Of a stretch of DNA of 64,000 nt, positions 51,288 through 64,000 are shown piece by piece. Origin of the DNA: Mobula birostris. Its lineage: Eukaryota. Both the position numbers and the translations under genes were made by a program. A model generated the notes under the pieces. That model did no database searches and was not told the DNA's origin. It saw only the letters and a program-made list of their open reading frames with translations. Numbering within the stretch: the stretch's first letter is position 1; each line of letters starts with the position of its first letter. The stretch lies in assembly GCF_030028105.1 (NCBI RefSeq), contig NC_092390.1, forward strand, positions 50,512,777-50,576,776. Reading direction: 5' to 3'.

Positions 51288-52881
51288 CAGGTTTTCCCTA
51301 CCATCCGAAGGTAGAGCATTCCTATGAAACGGTTCGTAAGCCGGAATGTCGTAAAGTGAAGAAGCAATTACCATTTATTATATGGGAAAAATTTGTGAGC
51401 GTTGGCAGACCCAAAAAATAACCTACCAAATCATGCCAAATAACACATAAAACCTAAAATAACAGTAACACATAGTAAAAGCAGGAATGATATGATAAAT
51501 ACACAGCCTATATAAAGTAGAAATACTTTTCTACAATCATTGCCGTACTGTCCATCGTAGCGAAAATCTCACTCAAGCGCTCTCGGCAGAAACATAGCAC
51601 AAGTGCTCTCGGCAGAAACACTCTCTCCAGTAACCTTTAAGCTATGAAGCTGTCAAATCATACCAAATAACACATAAAAATACACAGTCTATATAAAGTA
51701 GAAATAATGTATGTACAGTGTAGTATCACTTACCAGAAGGGAAGACAGCGCCAAGCACACTGATGATGGTGTGTTAGGTTGAGTTGTCGGAGGCTGGGGT
51801 GGTTCAGTGGTCCCCACCCTCCAGGCCATGAACCGATACATTGCTACGAAGCATGCAGCGGTGCAGCGGTGGCCGAGATGCACCCAGCACAGCTTTAAGA
51901 AAAAAGCCGAAATAAACAAACTAACTAATTGGGTGCCGCAATCGCCGCTGATCTGGGCCGACATTTACGTGCTGGGCAGCACCTAATTAGCTTGTTTATT
52001 TTGGCTTTTTTTCTTAAAGATCTGCTGGGTGCGTCCCAGCTACCACTGCACCGCTGCATTCTTTGTGGCAGTGTATCGGTCACAGCCCAGAGGTTGGGAC
52101 CACTGGGGTGTCATCTCATCTTTGTCTGTTTCCATCAGGGCAGGCAGGTTATCTTCCTCTATCTCTGCCTGCCTTGATGTCGAAGGTCAAGGTTCGTCGT
52201 CTGCTGTGGCTGATGTGGAAGGCTTGAAAAATGACAGTGTGCTTGACTGCTTAGCCTTGCGCATTTTTCTATCATACAGTGCTTTGTAAGCACTCAAACC
52301 ATCCTGCAAATATGCCCTAGACCTACGTACCCTTTCAAATTAAAGTTGTACTTTTCTGCAATCATTGCAGCAAAAATCTCATGCAGTTGCTTCACGTTCA
52401 ATTCCTGGACGACTTCACTTTCGGTCCGTTTGCTACTGCATTTAGTTTCAATTGTTATCCTTTCCTCTTCCAATTGCATCAGTTCTTCATCTATCAGTTC
52501 TTGGTCATGGGATGTCAAAACCTCTTCAACATCATGTTCGTCAGCTTCCACAAGCCAAATGCACTTTTGTCCTTACTTCACTCACCACGATCAAAATGCT
52601 TAATTATGTCTAGTTTTATGCTCTTTTAGGCTTTTCCGATATCTTAGAACTCATCTTGCAAACGGATGCTCAAAATAAATCGACATAAAACACAGATGCT
52701 CACAGGCACGTGTTTAAGCAATGCCGGCTAGCATATAGTTCCGGGGGAGGAGCTTGGCTGCGCGCTGCCTTTTTTCGTAACAGTGAAAACACCTTCTGTT
52801 AGCGAAAATAGGTAACTAATGTAGGTCTTTCGTAACAGCGAGGTGTCGTAAAGCGAACGTTCGAAAAGCGGGGGACACCTG
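51288..52881 (-). mobile_element. Tigger-like DNA transposon deletion derivative
   Basis: TA|caggttttccc...ggggacacctg|TA. Minus ORF 52294-52551 DVEEVLTSHDQELIDEELMQLEEE resembles the acidic Tigger C-terminus. Confidence 0.8.
51805..52105. mobile_element. Palindromic hAT-like MITE nested in the Tigger element
   Basis: Ends cagtggtcccca... / ...ttgggaccactg, with ~130-bp inverted arms. 8-bp flanks gggtggtt / gggtgtca are a partly decayed possible TSD. Confidence 0.65.
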
Positions 52882-53310
52882 TACTTACAAGTCCCAACAG
52901 TGTGTAACTTGAAGAGAAATATGTAGGTAGCAACATTTCTATGGCAAAGTGTTTGACCAGGTCCCTCATGGTAGGTTGGTCCAGATGATGGGAAGTCACA
53001 TGCGATCCAGTGTGAGTTGGATACACAGTGGTCTGGATTATAGGAGCCAGATGGTGGTGTGAAGTGTAGTATTTTTCTGAGTAGTCATCTGTGATTGGTG
53101 TGTTTTTGATTATATATAAATGAACTGGATGAAAATGTAGGTGGTTTGATTAGAAAGCTTGTGGAAAGTCCATCCTTTGGCTAAAGAAATTCCTCTTCAT
53201 CTCTGATCTAAAGAGGTATCCTTCTGTTCTGAGCCTGTGCTTTCTGGTCCTGGACTCTCCCACTATTAGAAACATCCACTCCACATCCACAAAAGATGAC
53301 TGATAACTTT

Positions 53311-54052
53311 ACTACTACGTGGACTCAGGCCTAGGGGGCCAGCGTCTGGCACGATGACGGACTCTTCACTTCTCCCTCTCCCTCATCAGTGTGTTCAGTT
53401 CATCTACATTAGCTGTGCCGCTGTTGACCATAGTCTTGGGAGGGTGCCCAGGGTTCATCCTCCCACGCTTGGGCTCCCATATGATGACTAGGCTGGCAGG
53501 TAGCTCAGGGTGGCGTAGACAGTGCCCCACTAGTTGCAGTCTTCTTGCCTTGATTTTAGTGGTGAGCATCGGTAGGTCATCATAAAGCTCGAAGTACATC
53601 ATGTGCTGTTGCCAATTCACGTCAAGAGCCACCTAGAGTATTCGTGTATAGCAACCACCTAGAGACTTTCTCATAGTCTTGGTGAGTGTCCACGCCTCGC
53701 ATCCGTATGTGAGAATGGACTCTATGACTGCTATAAAGATCCTCTTTTTAAGCCCTCTGGTCAGGTTCGACTTCCAGATTTCCTTCATGTCATTCATAGC
53801 CCTCCACGCCAGAGCCTTACGTATCTTTATGTCCTTCTCTGAACTCATCATTCTTGACCCGAGGTACTTGAAATCAAAGACTTTCTTAATGGTATCATTC
53901 TTTACAGTCTTGAGAGTACCTTCGTCGCAGTTAAACACCATGTACTCTGTCTTTTTAGCGTTTAGGTGAAGTCCAACTTTATTGCACTCAATTTCCGCTT
54001 TTGTCAGTAGCTGCTGTGCTTCCTCCATCTGGTCAGAGAGCAGGACTATGTC
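53311..54052 (-). mobile_element. RTE-like LINE 3' portion
   Basis: RT C-terminal ORFs 53633-54058 (DIVLLSD, VGLHLNAKKTEYM, FKYLGS, ESILTYGCEAWTLT) and 53366-53632; (TAG)n tail. Confidence 0.85.
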
Positions 54053-54084
54053 TGACAAAATAAGGATATAATAAAATCGATATG

Positions 54085-54868
54085 GTGCAGATCTAGGCTG
54101 AGAAGTGGCAGATGGAGTTCAACTCAGACAGTGTGAAGTGGTTCATTTTGGTAGGTCAAATTTGAGGACAGAATATAATATTAATGGTAAGATGCTTAGC
54201 AGTGTGGAGGATCAGTGAGATCTTCGGGTCCATATCCATAGGACATTCAAAGCTGCTGCGCAGGTTTAGTGTTGTTAAGAAGGTGTATGATGTGTTGGCC
54301 TTCATCAACTGTGGGATTGAGTTCAAGAGCTGTGAGGTAATGTTGCAGCTATATAAGACCTTAGTTAAAGCCCTCTTGGAGTTCTGGTCATCTCATTACA
54401 GAAAGGATCTGCACACTACAGAGAGAGTGCAGAGGAGATTTACAAGGATGTTGACTGGATTGGGGACCATGCCTTATGAGAATAGGTTGAGTGAAATTGG
54501 CCTTTTCTCCTTGGAGCGACGGAGGATGAGAGGTGTATAAGATGACGAGAGATACTGATCGTGTGGATAGCCAGAGGCTTTTTCCTAGGGCTGAAAAAGC
54601 TAACATGAGGGGGTATAGTTTTACGGTGCTTGGAAGTAGCTCCAAGGGGGATGTCAGAGGACGGAGGGTGCGTGGAATGCACTGCCAGTGAAGGTGGTAG
54701 TGGTGGATACAATGTCTTTTAAGAGCCTCTTAAATAACAACATGGAGCTTAGAAAAATAGAGGGCCATGCGGTAGGGAAATCCGAGGAAGCTTCTAGAGT
54801 AGGTTACATGATCGGCACAACATTCTGGGCCGAAGGGACTGTAATGTGCTGTAGATTTTGTATGTTTT
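54085..54868 (+). mobile_element. CR1 LINE 3' fragment (similar fragments at ~26945-27240 minus, ~50075-50285, ~57190-57622, ~60740-61520)
   Basis: GIEFKSCEVMLQLYKTLV..ERVQRRFTRMLTGL..LFSLERRRMRG. Confidence 0.8.
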
Positions 54869-55534
54869 AAAAATTTAAATACTGCAAAAGCTGAGGTCAT
54901 TACATTGAAGGCACTGCCCATTTGAAGAACCAGTACAGTCAGTCACAGATTCTTTGAAGAAATGATGATAGTAAAGAACATCATAATTGTATTCTGCAGT
55001 TGGGCATCACCATAAATTACAGTTTTGGATAAGTTAATGAATTCCTTAATAGATTAATTTACAGAACAGATCTAGATTACATTGAAGTTCCCCTTGAGAA
55101 AAGTATACTGATAAAAAAAGTTTGGTCTTAAAAATTAAACTCAAGTGGCCTATTGATTGCAAAATACAGGTGGTCATAACCTGATTCTAGTGTGGTATGA
55201 ATGTTGCTTGCCACTTACCAGCTTTTGCTCGACTACAATGCCAGTAACACCCTCCACTTTGACTGAAGGTAGACATGTTACTAGAAATTGGATTGAGGTT
55301 GAAGCTGCATTTTTTCAGCACCACGCAGCTTAATATCTATTTAACTTAGCTCCATTCCACGTGAAATTGCATCAACCTCAAAGGTGGACTCGGTACTTGT
55401 GGATGTGATCCATATTAGTTATGCCAGCCAAGTTCCCCAGTCAAATTAATTGTCAATGCAAATTCATAAATCAAATGTTTGAAAACTAAGGAATACCTGT
55501 GATTGCTAATCAGTTTTTGCACACTTGCATTACA

Positions 55535-55818
55535 TTTTTTTTTATTGAGATACAGCACAGAATAAGCCCTTCTGGCCCTTCAAGGCACGCCCAGCAAGCT
55601 CCAATTTAATCCTAGTCAAATCACGGGACAATGTACACTGACCAATTAACCTACCAAATGGCATGTCTTTGGACTGTGAGAGGAAACCGGAGCACCCGGA
55701 GGAAATCCACACGGTCAAGAGGAGAACATACAAACTCTTTACAGGCAGTGGTGGGAACTGAACCTGAACCTCCTGTACTGTAAACCGTTGTGTTAACCAC
55801 TATGCTACCATGCTGCCC
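55535..55818 (-). mobile_element. V-SINE
   Basis: Same family as 7073-7373. Confidence 0.8.
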
Positions 55819-56564
55819 ATCATTTTCATAATTTTTTGAGGGACTCAATTTGGTGCTGGCATTAAAAATGACCAAGTCAAAAACTAAAAGGTGCAATCTC
55901 ATGAAGATGAAATTTTCATCTATTACATAAAATTGATTTGTCCTGCTTTTTACAGACACTGTTCCAAGGGAAGAGTGCTGTAATGGAGCACTTTGACTAA
56001 AGGCACAATTAGTTCTATGTATCAGTCATCTTTTACTTCTCCTATCTTTTATTAAATCCAGTGTATACATGTCTTTCACAGAGAGTGAATCAAATATGAT
56101 GAAAATCTGAATCAGATTTATTATTGTATGATGGGAACTTTCTTGTTTTGCAGCAGCAGCTTCAAAGACATAAAATTACAATAAATTGCAAACAATAAAT
56201 AAATAGTGCAACAAAGAAAGAGTAACAAGGCGGGAAGTTGTTCCTGAATCATTGAACGTGGGCCTTCAGGCTCCTGTATCTCCTCCGCGATGTAGTAGCA
56301 TAAAGAGGGCATGTCCCAGATGGTGAGGGTCCTTAGAGATGTACAGTATGTCATCTTGAGTAACCACAAAGTCCTCGATAGTGGAGAAGGTTCTGCCCAT
56401 GATGCAGCTGGCTGTCTATAACCCTCTTGTGATCCTATGCACTGGAGTCTTCATAAGAGTCAGAATGCTCTCCACCATACCGTACATCATTGGAAATCTT
56501 AAGGGCCTTTGGTGATGTAACTGAATCTCTTCAAACACCCAATAATGTAGCTACAGTTTTTAGA

Positions 56565-56916
56565 CGGATATTTCTCTACCAAAGGTGTAAGGCTCTCCTT
56601 CCCTCCGCGAGCCAGCAAGTCACCCTCGGGCAAGGTGTAGCACCTGCTTAGCCCCCTGACCGGGGTTATGTGAAGCCATGGGGGCAGGTTGGTTGATCAT
56701 ATGAGCAGCTGGTGCATATCACAAGTCCTGGTTATGCGACCACTGACACCAGGCAGACAATCTCTGAAGAGTACTAGTAATGGTTGGGGTCACCCATCTT
56801 GTAAAGATACTGCCCAGAAGGCAATGGCAAACCACTTCTGTAGAAAAATATGCCAAGACCAATCATGGTCCTGTAAAGACCATCATCAACTATGTCATAT
56901 GACACATGACAAATGA
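56565..56916 (+). mobile_element. RTE-related SINE-like repeat
   Basis: Contains gaaggcaatggcaaaccacttctgta, resembling the Bov-A/BovB-type motif. Confidence 0.5.
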
Positions 56917-58359
56917 ATTATTTCAGCTAAATTTCTGGTCAATGGCTGTTAACAGGTGTTGGATTTGGCAAGCATGCATTTCTAAATGACAATAAACGAG
57001 GACTGAGTGCCCTCATAATCTAAAAAAACTGCAGTGTCACTGAATGCATGCATATAAGCAATGGAAAGACACTCTCTTGTTGGATATGGTTATTGCTTAG
57101 CTCTTTTGTGACACAAATATGGCTTAATTGAGTAACCAAATGGTAAAGGTCCCTAGTGATGGATGCCTCCTAGGAGAAAGTGCTGCCAGGACTAAAGCAC
57201 CCGAGTTACAAGGAGAATTGGCCACACTGGATCTTTATTTCTTGGAGTGCAGGAGAATGAGAGGTAACCTCATGGAAGTTTATCAAATCATGAGAGGTGT
57301 GGATAAGTTGGAGAGTAATAGTCATTTCCCCAGAGCTGGTGAGACCAAAAGAAGATGGCACAAATACAAGATAAGAGGGAAGAGATTTAAAGGAGATCTG
57401 AATTTTAACTTCATCACATAGAGGGTAGTCAGTGCCTGGAATGTTCTACCAGTGGAAAGTGATTGAGATGGGTACAAATGGAACATTTAAGAGAGATTTG
57501 TAGAGGAAGAGCTTGGAGAGCTATGGGCTGATGCAGGCAACTGGAACTAGAAAGGAGGATACTTTGATCAGCATGGAGCTGTGGTTGGGCCTGTTTCTCT
57601 GCTGTGTTACTCTATGATTCTATGAAGCTCAATAGCAGCCAGAACAAAGCAAGCTACTCAAAGCTGTACCCTCAGCATCCTCATTACCTACAAGACTGGA
57701 GCAAGGCTCCAATATTGAGACCTCCGCACCTGGCAGTTAACTGACACAGACAGTACAGAACCACTATGCCCAAGTGCATCAAGGCTTGGAAATAGTGACA
57801 TTGACTGCACTTAAATATAGCAACACCTTTCCCAGCAAAATTGTGGGGCATATTCAACAAACCCAGTGCAGTAGTTCAAGGCAATGCCTGACCACTTTAA
57901 CACCCTGTCACTGAAAAAAATACTGTTTGTTTTAAATTGGTTTTTACTTGATGATCAACTGGTGAGATTCCTGGTCAAGTGGCTAGCTTTGAACTGAAAG
58001 GTGTCAGTCTTTTTGAACATTGATGCAGCTCCAAGCATTCTGGGAAGTAAAAAAAATTCATTAAGTTACATTTATATTACTTAAAACACCAATTCTGGCC
58101 AAATTAAGGAATATGATATTATAAAACGGCCAGATTGCCAGCCTAATTTCATTACCAAGTTCTACACGGGTATCAATCTCCAATGTCAATCTAACCTCTG
58201 CAAACCATTTTTGCTGCTGGCAGAACCCTCTGGAACTTACCCAACTGAGCAGGCATCCAGTGGTGATTTGGACAACTGAGTGCAACATTTCCATTGATCG
58301 TTTTTTTCCTCTTACATCCGTAAAGGAGGCTGGAGTTATTTGCTCAGATTGATAAATTT

Positions 58360-58990
58360 GACGCCAATTGTGACTCCAGCTGTCCTTCTTATCGCAAGCA
58401 CCAGCAGCGGTCCACCAGGGGGCCCACGTACCCGACCGGCCGCCGGTCTCACAGCAGCCGCCCGAGTCCGCGGTATCCGTTTGCCGCGCGCTCAGCCGGC
58501 GAGGCGTGCTGACGCGCGCCCGTGACGTTAACTCCTCGCACGCATATTTAAATAACCGTTGCGGTGACTACTAGCCCCCTGAGGGATCGTGAACGGCGTG
58601 GCGAGCGGACAGACGGACCAGTGACCGGTACGAGGATGGGGGCGGTGGGGAGGGGTTGATTGTGGACGAGAGCGCGGACAGGGCTCGGGGCCCGGGATAC
58701 GAGGGTACAAGCGAGCCTGGGCGTCAAGTGGGTAGCAACCGAGTGCATCCCAGATTCGCCTCTCTCCCGACCACAAGCCGGATTCATTTCGGGCTTGGGC
58801 CGGGCTCGGCCACCGCCTGAAGGGGTATGGCTGACTCCGGGCATCTTGCATCCTCAGCCGCCGCCATCGTCTTGGAACGATTTGGTAGCCGTCCTCTGCG
58901 ATTAATGGCAGACCCGCGTGTTGTGCCCAGGAAAAGATAATCGCCTTAGCTCTCTGCTCCAGAGCGAGGGTTCATCGGCAGGCGCTTTTA
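58360..58990 (+). promoter_or_regulatory. OAT: CpG island, probable OAT promoter and non-coding first exon
   Basis: Abrupt GC- and CpG-rich block about 3.6 kb upstream of the ATG exon, which starts with an acceptor and so needs an upstream exon. Contains CCAAT (~58365), two TGACG half-CRE sites (~58510-58528) and TATA-like TATTTAAAT (~58545). Exact exon 1 donor not resolved. Confidence 0.75.
58409..58427 (+). promoter_or_regulatory. CTCF-like motif
   Basis: GGTCCACCAGGGGGCCCAC closely matches the CTCF core CCASYAGRKGGCRS, at the upstream edge of the OAT CpG island. Confidence 0.55.
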
Positions 58991-61544
58991 CATAGCAGGT
59001 CTGCCACGCACCTTCTGGAGAAAAGCACGTTTCCCTACCTTGTTGTGGGCATTGTTTCGAAGTGAGTGCGGAAATATTTTTTTTAGTTGTTGAGGTTCCT
59101 GTTAATTGCACAGTTATTTAGAAAAAAAATGCCAAAAGGGCACAATTGCACACTGATTTATATATTTGTATCTACAGCATCTAACATTCATGAGTACGAA
59201 TTTTAAGCCGTTGATTGGTCCGCATGGTTCCGGCCTCCCCAGCTGTTTCATTACTAAAAATATTTGTCTGTACGTACCGACAAGACTTGCTACCGTCCCA
59301 GGATTGAGTTTTTCCTCTGACTGAATCACAGGCAGTCTAATTACGTATTAAAGTACTTTCAATGATAATATTCAAACATTTCGAACGTTTATAAATGTTA
59401 CTATTTCTGGTATTTATAAATGCATTGATCTCGTCTGGTTAGTCACAGTTGTACATTGCGCATTTCAATATCATATATTGTTGAACTGAAGAGTTAAGAC
59501 ATAGAACATTGTAGATTACCTCATAGTACCAGCCATGATATTTAAACGACTCTAAGATCAATCTAAAACTACTCACCATTTTTTCCATTATTCATCTAGC
59601 CAGAGGGCACTATGGCGCAGAAACTGGCGCCAGTCCATGCTACGCTATTAAACTGTTCAGTCACATCAACCCGCACCTGGGCTATGCTCCTCCCATCGAT
59701 ATACCAGTCCAAGTTTCACTTAAGTGTTGAAATCAGCCAGTCCAGGTCCTGCAGATGGCAAGTGACAACAAACCCAGCACTGACCCTTGCAGCAGACTGC
59801 TAGTCACAAGCCTCCAGTCAAAGAAGCACGCATCTGCAGTGTCCAGAATGATTCCAGGAGACGGGGAGTGTGCAGGAACCTTGTGGTGAGGAGTCTGGGG
59901 GACTGGGCCCGAGCCAATGTCCAACACCATTTCACCGATTTAAAGCTTCCATTGTTTGCCAATTAAAGTGACGAGTGAAATTGAAACATTGAGGTGAATG
60001 CAGAGGGTGAGCGCTAGCTGCCTGTCTTTTGATCACTGGGGAATTGCTCTGCTGGCTTTTGATCACTGGTGGGTTGGCTCGCTGCTGCAGAGGGAAAGGC
60101 GTGCCATTGTTTCTGGAGAATGTTACCTATGTTTTCTGTGTTTTGGAAATGGCCTAGGACTAGAGACTTATTTTTTTCTGTCTTGCAGTTTTTATATTGT
60201 GTTTTTGTTTTACCAATTTTTCTCATTTTTTTGTGTGCAGGGGAGGGGGATTTTGGGGGTCAATGTGTCTATTGTTTTTGTTTTTTTTTGTGTGGGGAGG
60301 GGGGATTTGGGGGCTTGATGTGCCTGTACTTGTTCATTTTTTTGTGTGGGGTGGAGGGATTTGGAAGTTGAATATCATGCTGCTGTTCCTTTAGTTTTGT
60401 GGCTATTTCAGAGTTGTATACTTTGATAGTAAATGAACTTTTGTTCTATTACTCTGGTTCCCATCCTTTTTCTAAACTAGTTAAAACTCTCCCTGATAGC
60501 TCTAGCAAACTTGCTCACAAGCATATTGGTGGTACTCAATTTCAGGTGTAACCTGCCCTCTTTGTACAGTCATATCTTACTCAGAAGAGATCCTAAACAT
60601 CCACATATCTATCCCCTGCACCAATTCCTCAGTCATATATTCATCTGCTAATTCATCCTATTTTTTCCCTCACTGGCACGTGGCACAGACAGCAATTCAG
60701 AGATTATTACCTTTGAGGTCCTGGTCTTTGTGATTTTGATAAATGAGAAAGTGGAAGGTTAAGTTTTCAGACAGGAAAGTGGTGGTGGTGTGGATAGTGT
60801 AGAAGGTTACAGTGGGATGTAGATAAGATGCAATGCTGAGCTGAGAAGTGGCTAGTGGAATTCAATCCAAACAAGTGAAGTGATTCTCTTTGGAAGTTTG
60901 AACTTGAAGACAGAATACAGAGTTATTAACAAGATACTTAACAGTAGAGAAACGGGGATTTTGGATCCACATTCATAGATCCCACAGAGTTGCTGTGCAC
61001 ATTGATAGGGTGGCTAGAAGGTGTATGGTGCATTGGCCTTCATTAATCAAAGGATTGAGTTCAAGAACCATAAGATAATGTTGCAGCTCTATAAAACTCT
61101 GCTCAGACCACGTTTGGAATATAATGTTCTGTTTTGGTCTTTGTAGGAAGGATGTGGGAACTTCAGAGAGGAGATTCTCTCCGGAGTATCGGAGCACGAG
61201 TGGTGATTTGACAGAAGTGCAGAAGATTATAAGAGGCATAGAGTGACAGCCAGAGATTTTTTTTCCTCAGGGCAGATATGGCTAATCTGATGGGGCCTGA
61301 CTTAATGGTGTTTGGAGGAAAGTGTAGGTGGTATTTTAGAGGCAGGTTTTTTTTAATACGCCTAAAGTGGTAGGTGTGTGCAATGTGCTGTTGGGTGGAT
61401 GTAGAGGCAGATACATTGGGGACATTTTGAGGGACTTCTCAGATGGGATATGGCTGAAAACAGAGGATTATATGGGAGGAAAGAGTTAGATTTCTCTTAT
61501 GGAATAGGTGGGCACAAATACAATATTGAACTACGCCAGTAAGA

Positions 61545-62255
61545 TCAAATAACTGATGTGGACTTCAGAAAGGGTAAGATGAGGGAACACACACCAGTCT
61601 CTGAGGGATCAGAAGTGGAAAGGGTGAGCAATTTCAAGTTCCTGAGTGTCAATATTTCTGAGAATCTAACCTGGACCCAAACTATCAATGCAGTTACAAA
61701 TAAGGCATGGCAGTGGCTATATTCGGAGTTTGATGAGATTTGGTATGTCACCAAAAACACTTGCAAATTTTGACAGATGTACTGTGGAGAGCATTCTAAC
61801 TGGCTGCATCACCATCTGGTATGGGGAGGGGGTGGACTACTGCAAAGAGAATTGTAAACTTGGTCAGCTGTGTCATAGACACTTGCTTCCGTAGTATCCA
61901 GGATATATTTAAGGAGCGATGCCTCAAGAAGGTGGCATCCATCATTAAGGACCCCCATTACCAAAGTCATGCCTTGTTCTCATTGCTACCATCAGGAGGG
62001 AGGTCCAGAAGCATGAAGGCACACACTCGAACGATTCAGGAGCAGCTTCCTTCCCCTGCCATCTGATTTTGGAATGGACATTGAACCCATGAACACTGCC
62101 TCACAACTTTTTCGTTTTGATTTTTGCACTATTTCTTTAACTATTTGATATAGATATACTTACTGTAATTCAGTTTTCTCAATTATGCATTGCATTGTAC
62201 TGCTACCGCAAAGATGAATTTCACAACATATGCCGGTGACATTATACCTGATTCT
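61545..62255 (+). mobile_element. Rex1/Babar-like LINE 3' fragment in OAT intron 1
   Basis: DFRKG..VERVSNFKFLSVNISENLTW, TVESILTGCITIWYG; similar to 18925-19741. Confidence 0.8.
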
Positions 62256-62547
62256 GGCAACATCATGGGCCAAAGGGCCTGTACTGTGCTGTACTGTTCT
62301 ATAGTATGTTCTATGTTCTACTGTCTGATTAAGCAAATTATTGTGTAGTTCTGATTTTCAATATTAAATGGAAACAGCGCCTCTAGAGATAATACCAGAA
62401 ATTTTAAGTTCGGGAAAGGATGAACTGGCTTGGTCTGCCTTGTGAAGAGATCTGGTGACTTACAGCTAATATACTACTCTCGTCTGTTTTCTTTTCCATG
62501 AATTGCTTAAAATTTAACAAATAATTAACTTTTTTGTCATGCAGATA

Positions 62548-62743
62548 ATGTTGTCCCGATTCTCGCGTTACGTAAATTCCAGTGTTTCAGTTTTGAAGCA
62601 AAGAATCAAGACTTATTCTAGTGCCACAGAAACTTCATTAAAAACTGAGAAGTCAATCACTTCTGAAGAGGTTTTTGCTCGTGAAGAAAAATATGGTGCT
62701 CATAATTATCAGCCCGTCCCTGTTGCTTTGGCTAGAGGGGAAG
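62548..62743 (+). CDS. OAT: OAT first coding exon (mitochondrial ornithine aminotransferase, with transit peptide)
   Basis: Acceptor tttttgtcatgcag| at 62544, ATG at 62548. [26 protein letters not shown] is basic and Ser-rich like a presequence, followed by [24 protein letters not shown]. Donor AAG|GTAAGC is phase 1. Confidence 0.95.
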
Positions 62744-63733
62744 GTAAGCATCCCAAATACTAGATCATAAAGTAAATGGTTGATTCTATATCAATGTATA
62801 AATTGTTGAATGAACGTATAAAGTTTTTGAGTTAAATACAATTATACTTTAAATTGATGGTTAAAATGGAATTAATCAAAAGGAAACACTACTGTCGGGA
62901 TATCCTGATTCAATCATTTGCTGCAAGATCTCATTGGATGCAATTTTACTTAGTTAATTATGAAAGCCCAAAAATGCCATGGCGTTCCTCCTGCATGCAC
63001 TTACAAATTTTGTTGTTTTTTTTTGTCTTTTTTGTATTTATTGGTGTGTATCAAGAATTCTGCCAGGTTCTTGTGAAGCTGTCTTATTTTAAACTTCAAG
63101 ATTGTCACCTCTCCTGAAGCTTTGCAATGTAATTTCTAGAACCCCTCTATTGTATAGTTAATTTGTGCACAGCCATAAAATCTTTTGCCGGATATTCATT
63201 GCAAAACTAAAATTGACTTGGTCATAAGTAAAATAGAAAGTGAACATGGTATAATATTATGACCTTGGAGTTTCCTCTGATATATAATAATATATCAATA
63301 ATATACTGCTTGGCAGTATATTATTGTTTCAGACTTGCTGAGCATAATCTTCAATTGTCTCTAAATTTCTTGATTTCTTTTTAGCTTTTTAACATTTGTT
63401 GAGTATAGAACTTAATGTCCTTTACATATTCCTCTCCAAATTCTGTGTGCTCCTTTTGTGGCCACTCATTATCAGGGTCGCCTTTTGTAATTTTCATGCA
63501 TTCTCTTTTGCTTTTTAGCTTGATATTATCTGCAAGTTCAGCCAGATTGTATTGAAATGTTATTAGATTTCATTAATTCATCTTGTAATAGAAATGTATA
63601 GTACAGGAGGACTTACCCCTTTAGTCCCTAAAGCTTGTTGCTGAATTGAATATCCTTGTTAACATTAAAATAGTGGTCATCAAAAATAATTAAGCCAAAA
63701 TATTTAAATTAATTGCTTTGATTAATTTTTCAG

Positions 63734-63958
63734 GTATTTATGTATGGGATGTGGAAGGCAGGAGGTACTTTGATTTCCTAAGTGCTTACAGCGCTGTGAA
63801 TCAGGGACATTGTCATCCAAAGATTATTGCAGCACTTAAGTCTCAAGCTGATAAACTGACTCTCACTTCTCGAGCTTTCTATAATGATGTACTGGGAGAA
63901 TATGAAGAATATGCCACTAAACTGTTCAACTACAAAAAGCTGTTACCAATGAATACTG
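63734..63958 (+). CDS. OAT: OAT second coding exon (225 nt); gene continues beyond the window
   Basis: Acceptor ttaatttttcag|, then (G)[74 protein letters not shown], a class-III aminotransferase/OAT signature. Donor CTG|GTTAGT. Confidence 0.97.
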
Positions 63959-64000
63959 GTTAGTGCTTAATAGATTTTTTTTCCGGGGAAAATAGGTGGA

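Noticed and set aside
56565-56700. HDV-like ribozyme at the 5' end of the RTE-related SINE
   Set aside because: I could not build the P1/P3/P1.1 double pseudoknot by hand; only simple hairpins are evident.
58340-58905. ORFs in the OAT CpG island
   Set aside because: Expected from high GC; no recognisable protein.
62539-62547. Upstream ATG (MQIM) as OAT start; likewise the ORF-track starts at 34707 and 63718
   Set aside because: These starts lie upstream of the splice acceptors, within introns.

Overview
Eukaryotic (vertebrate) genomic DNA. The repeat content (V-SINEs, CR1, Rex1/Babar-like, RTE, Penelope-like, Tc1, Tigger) suggests a cartilaginous fish such as a ray; this is inference. Three genes lie in the same order and orientation as at human 10q26: LHPP on the minus strand (only coding exon 1 found, 25487-25614; it is not in the ORF track, and 1-25486 appears to be its intron 1), the complete two-exon homeobox gene NKX1-2 on the plus strand (30070-30298 + 34717-35333, 281 aa), and the 5' part of OAT on the plus strand (CpG-island promoter near 58.4-59.0 kb, coding exons 62548-62743 and 63734-63958). 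Most other ORF-track entries are transposon remnants or noise. The most interesting non-genic signal is a family of Penelope-like elements and their short fold-back derivatives, which carry minimal hammerhead-ribozyme motifs and 11-16 bp target-site duplications. Also notable: a SINE whose 3' tail matches an RTE LINE in the same window, a perfect CpG-rich 38-bp minisatellite inside a solo LTR, an in-frame alternative donor in NKX1-2, and a CpG-retaining, repeat-poor domain over the LHPP/NKX1-2 divergent promoters. Repeat boundaries are approximate unless TIRs or TSDs are cited. No database searches were run; protein identifications rest on recalled sequences.
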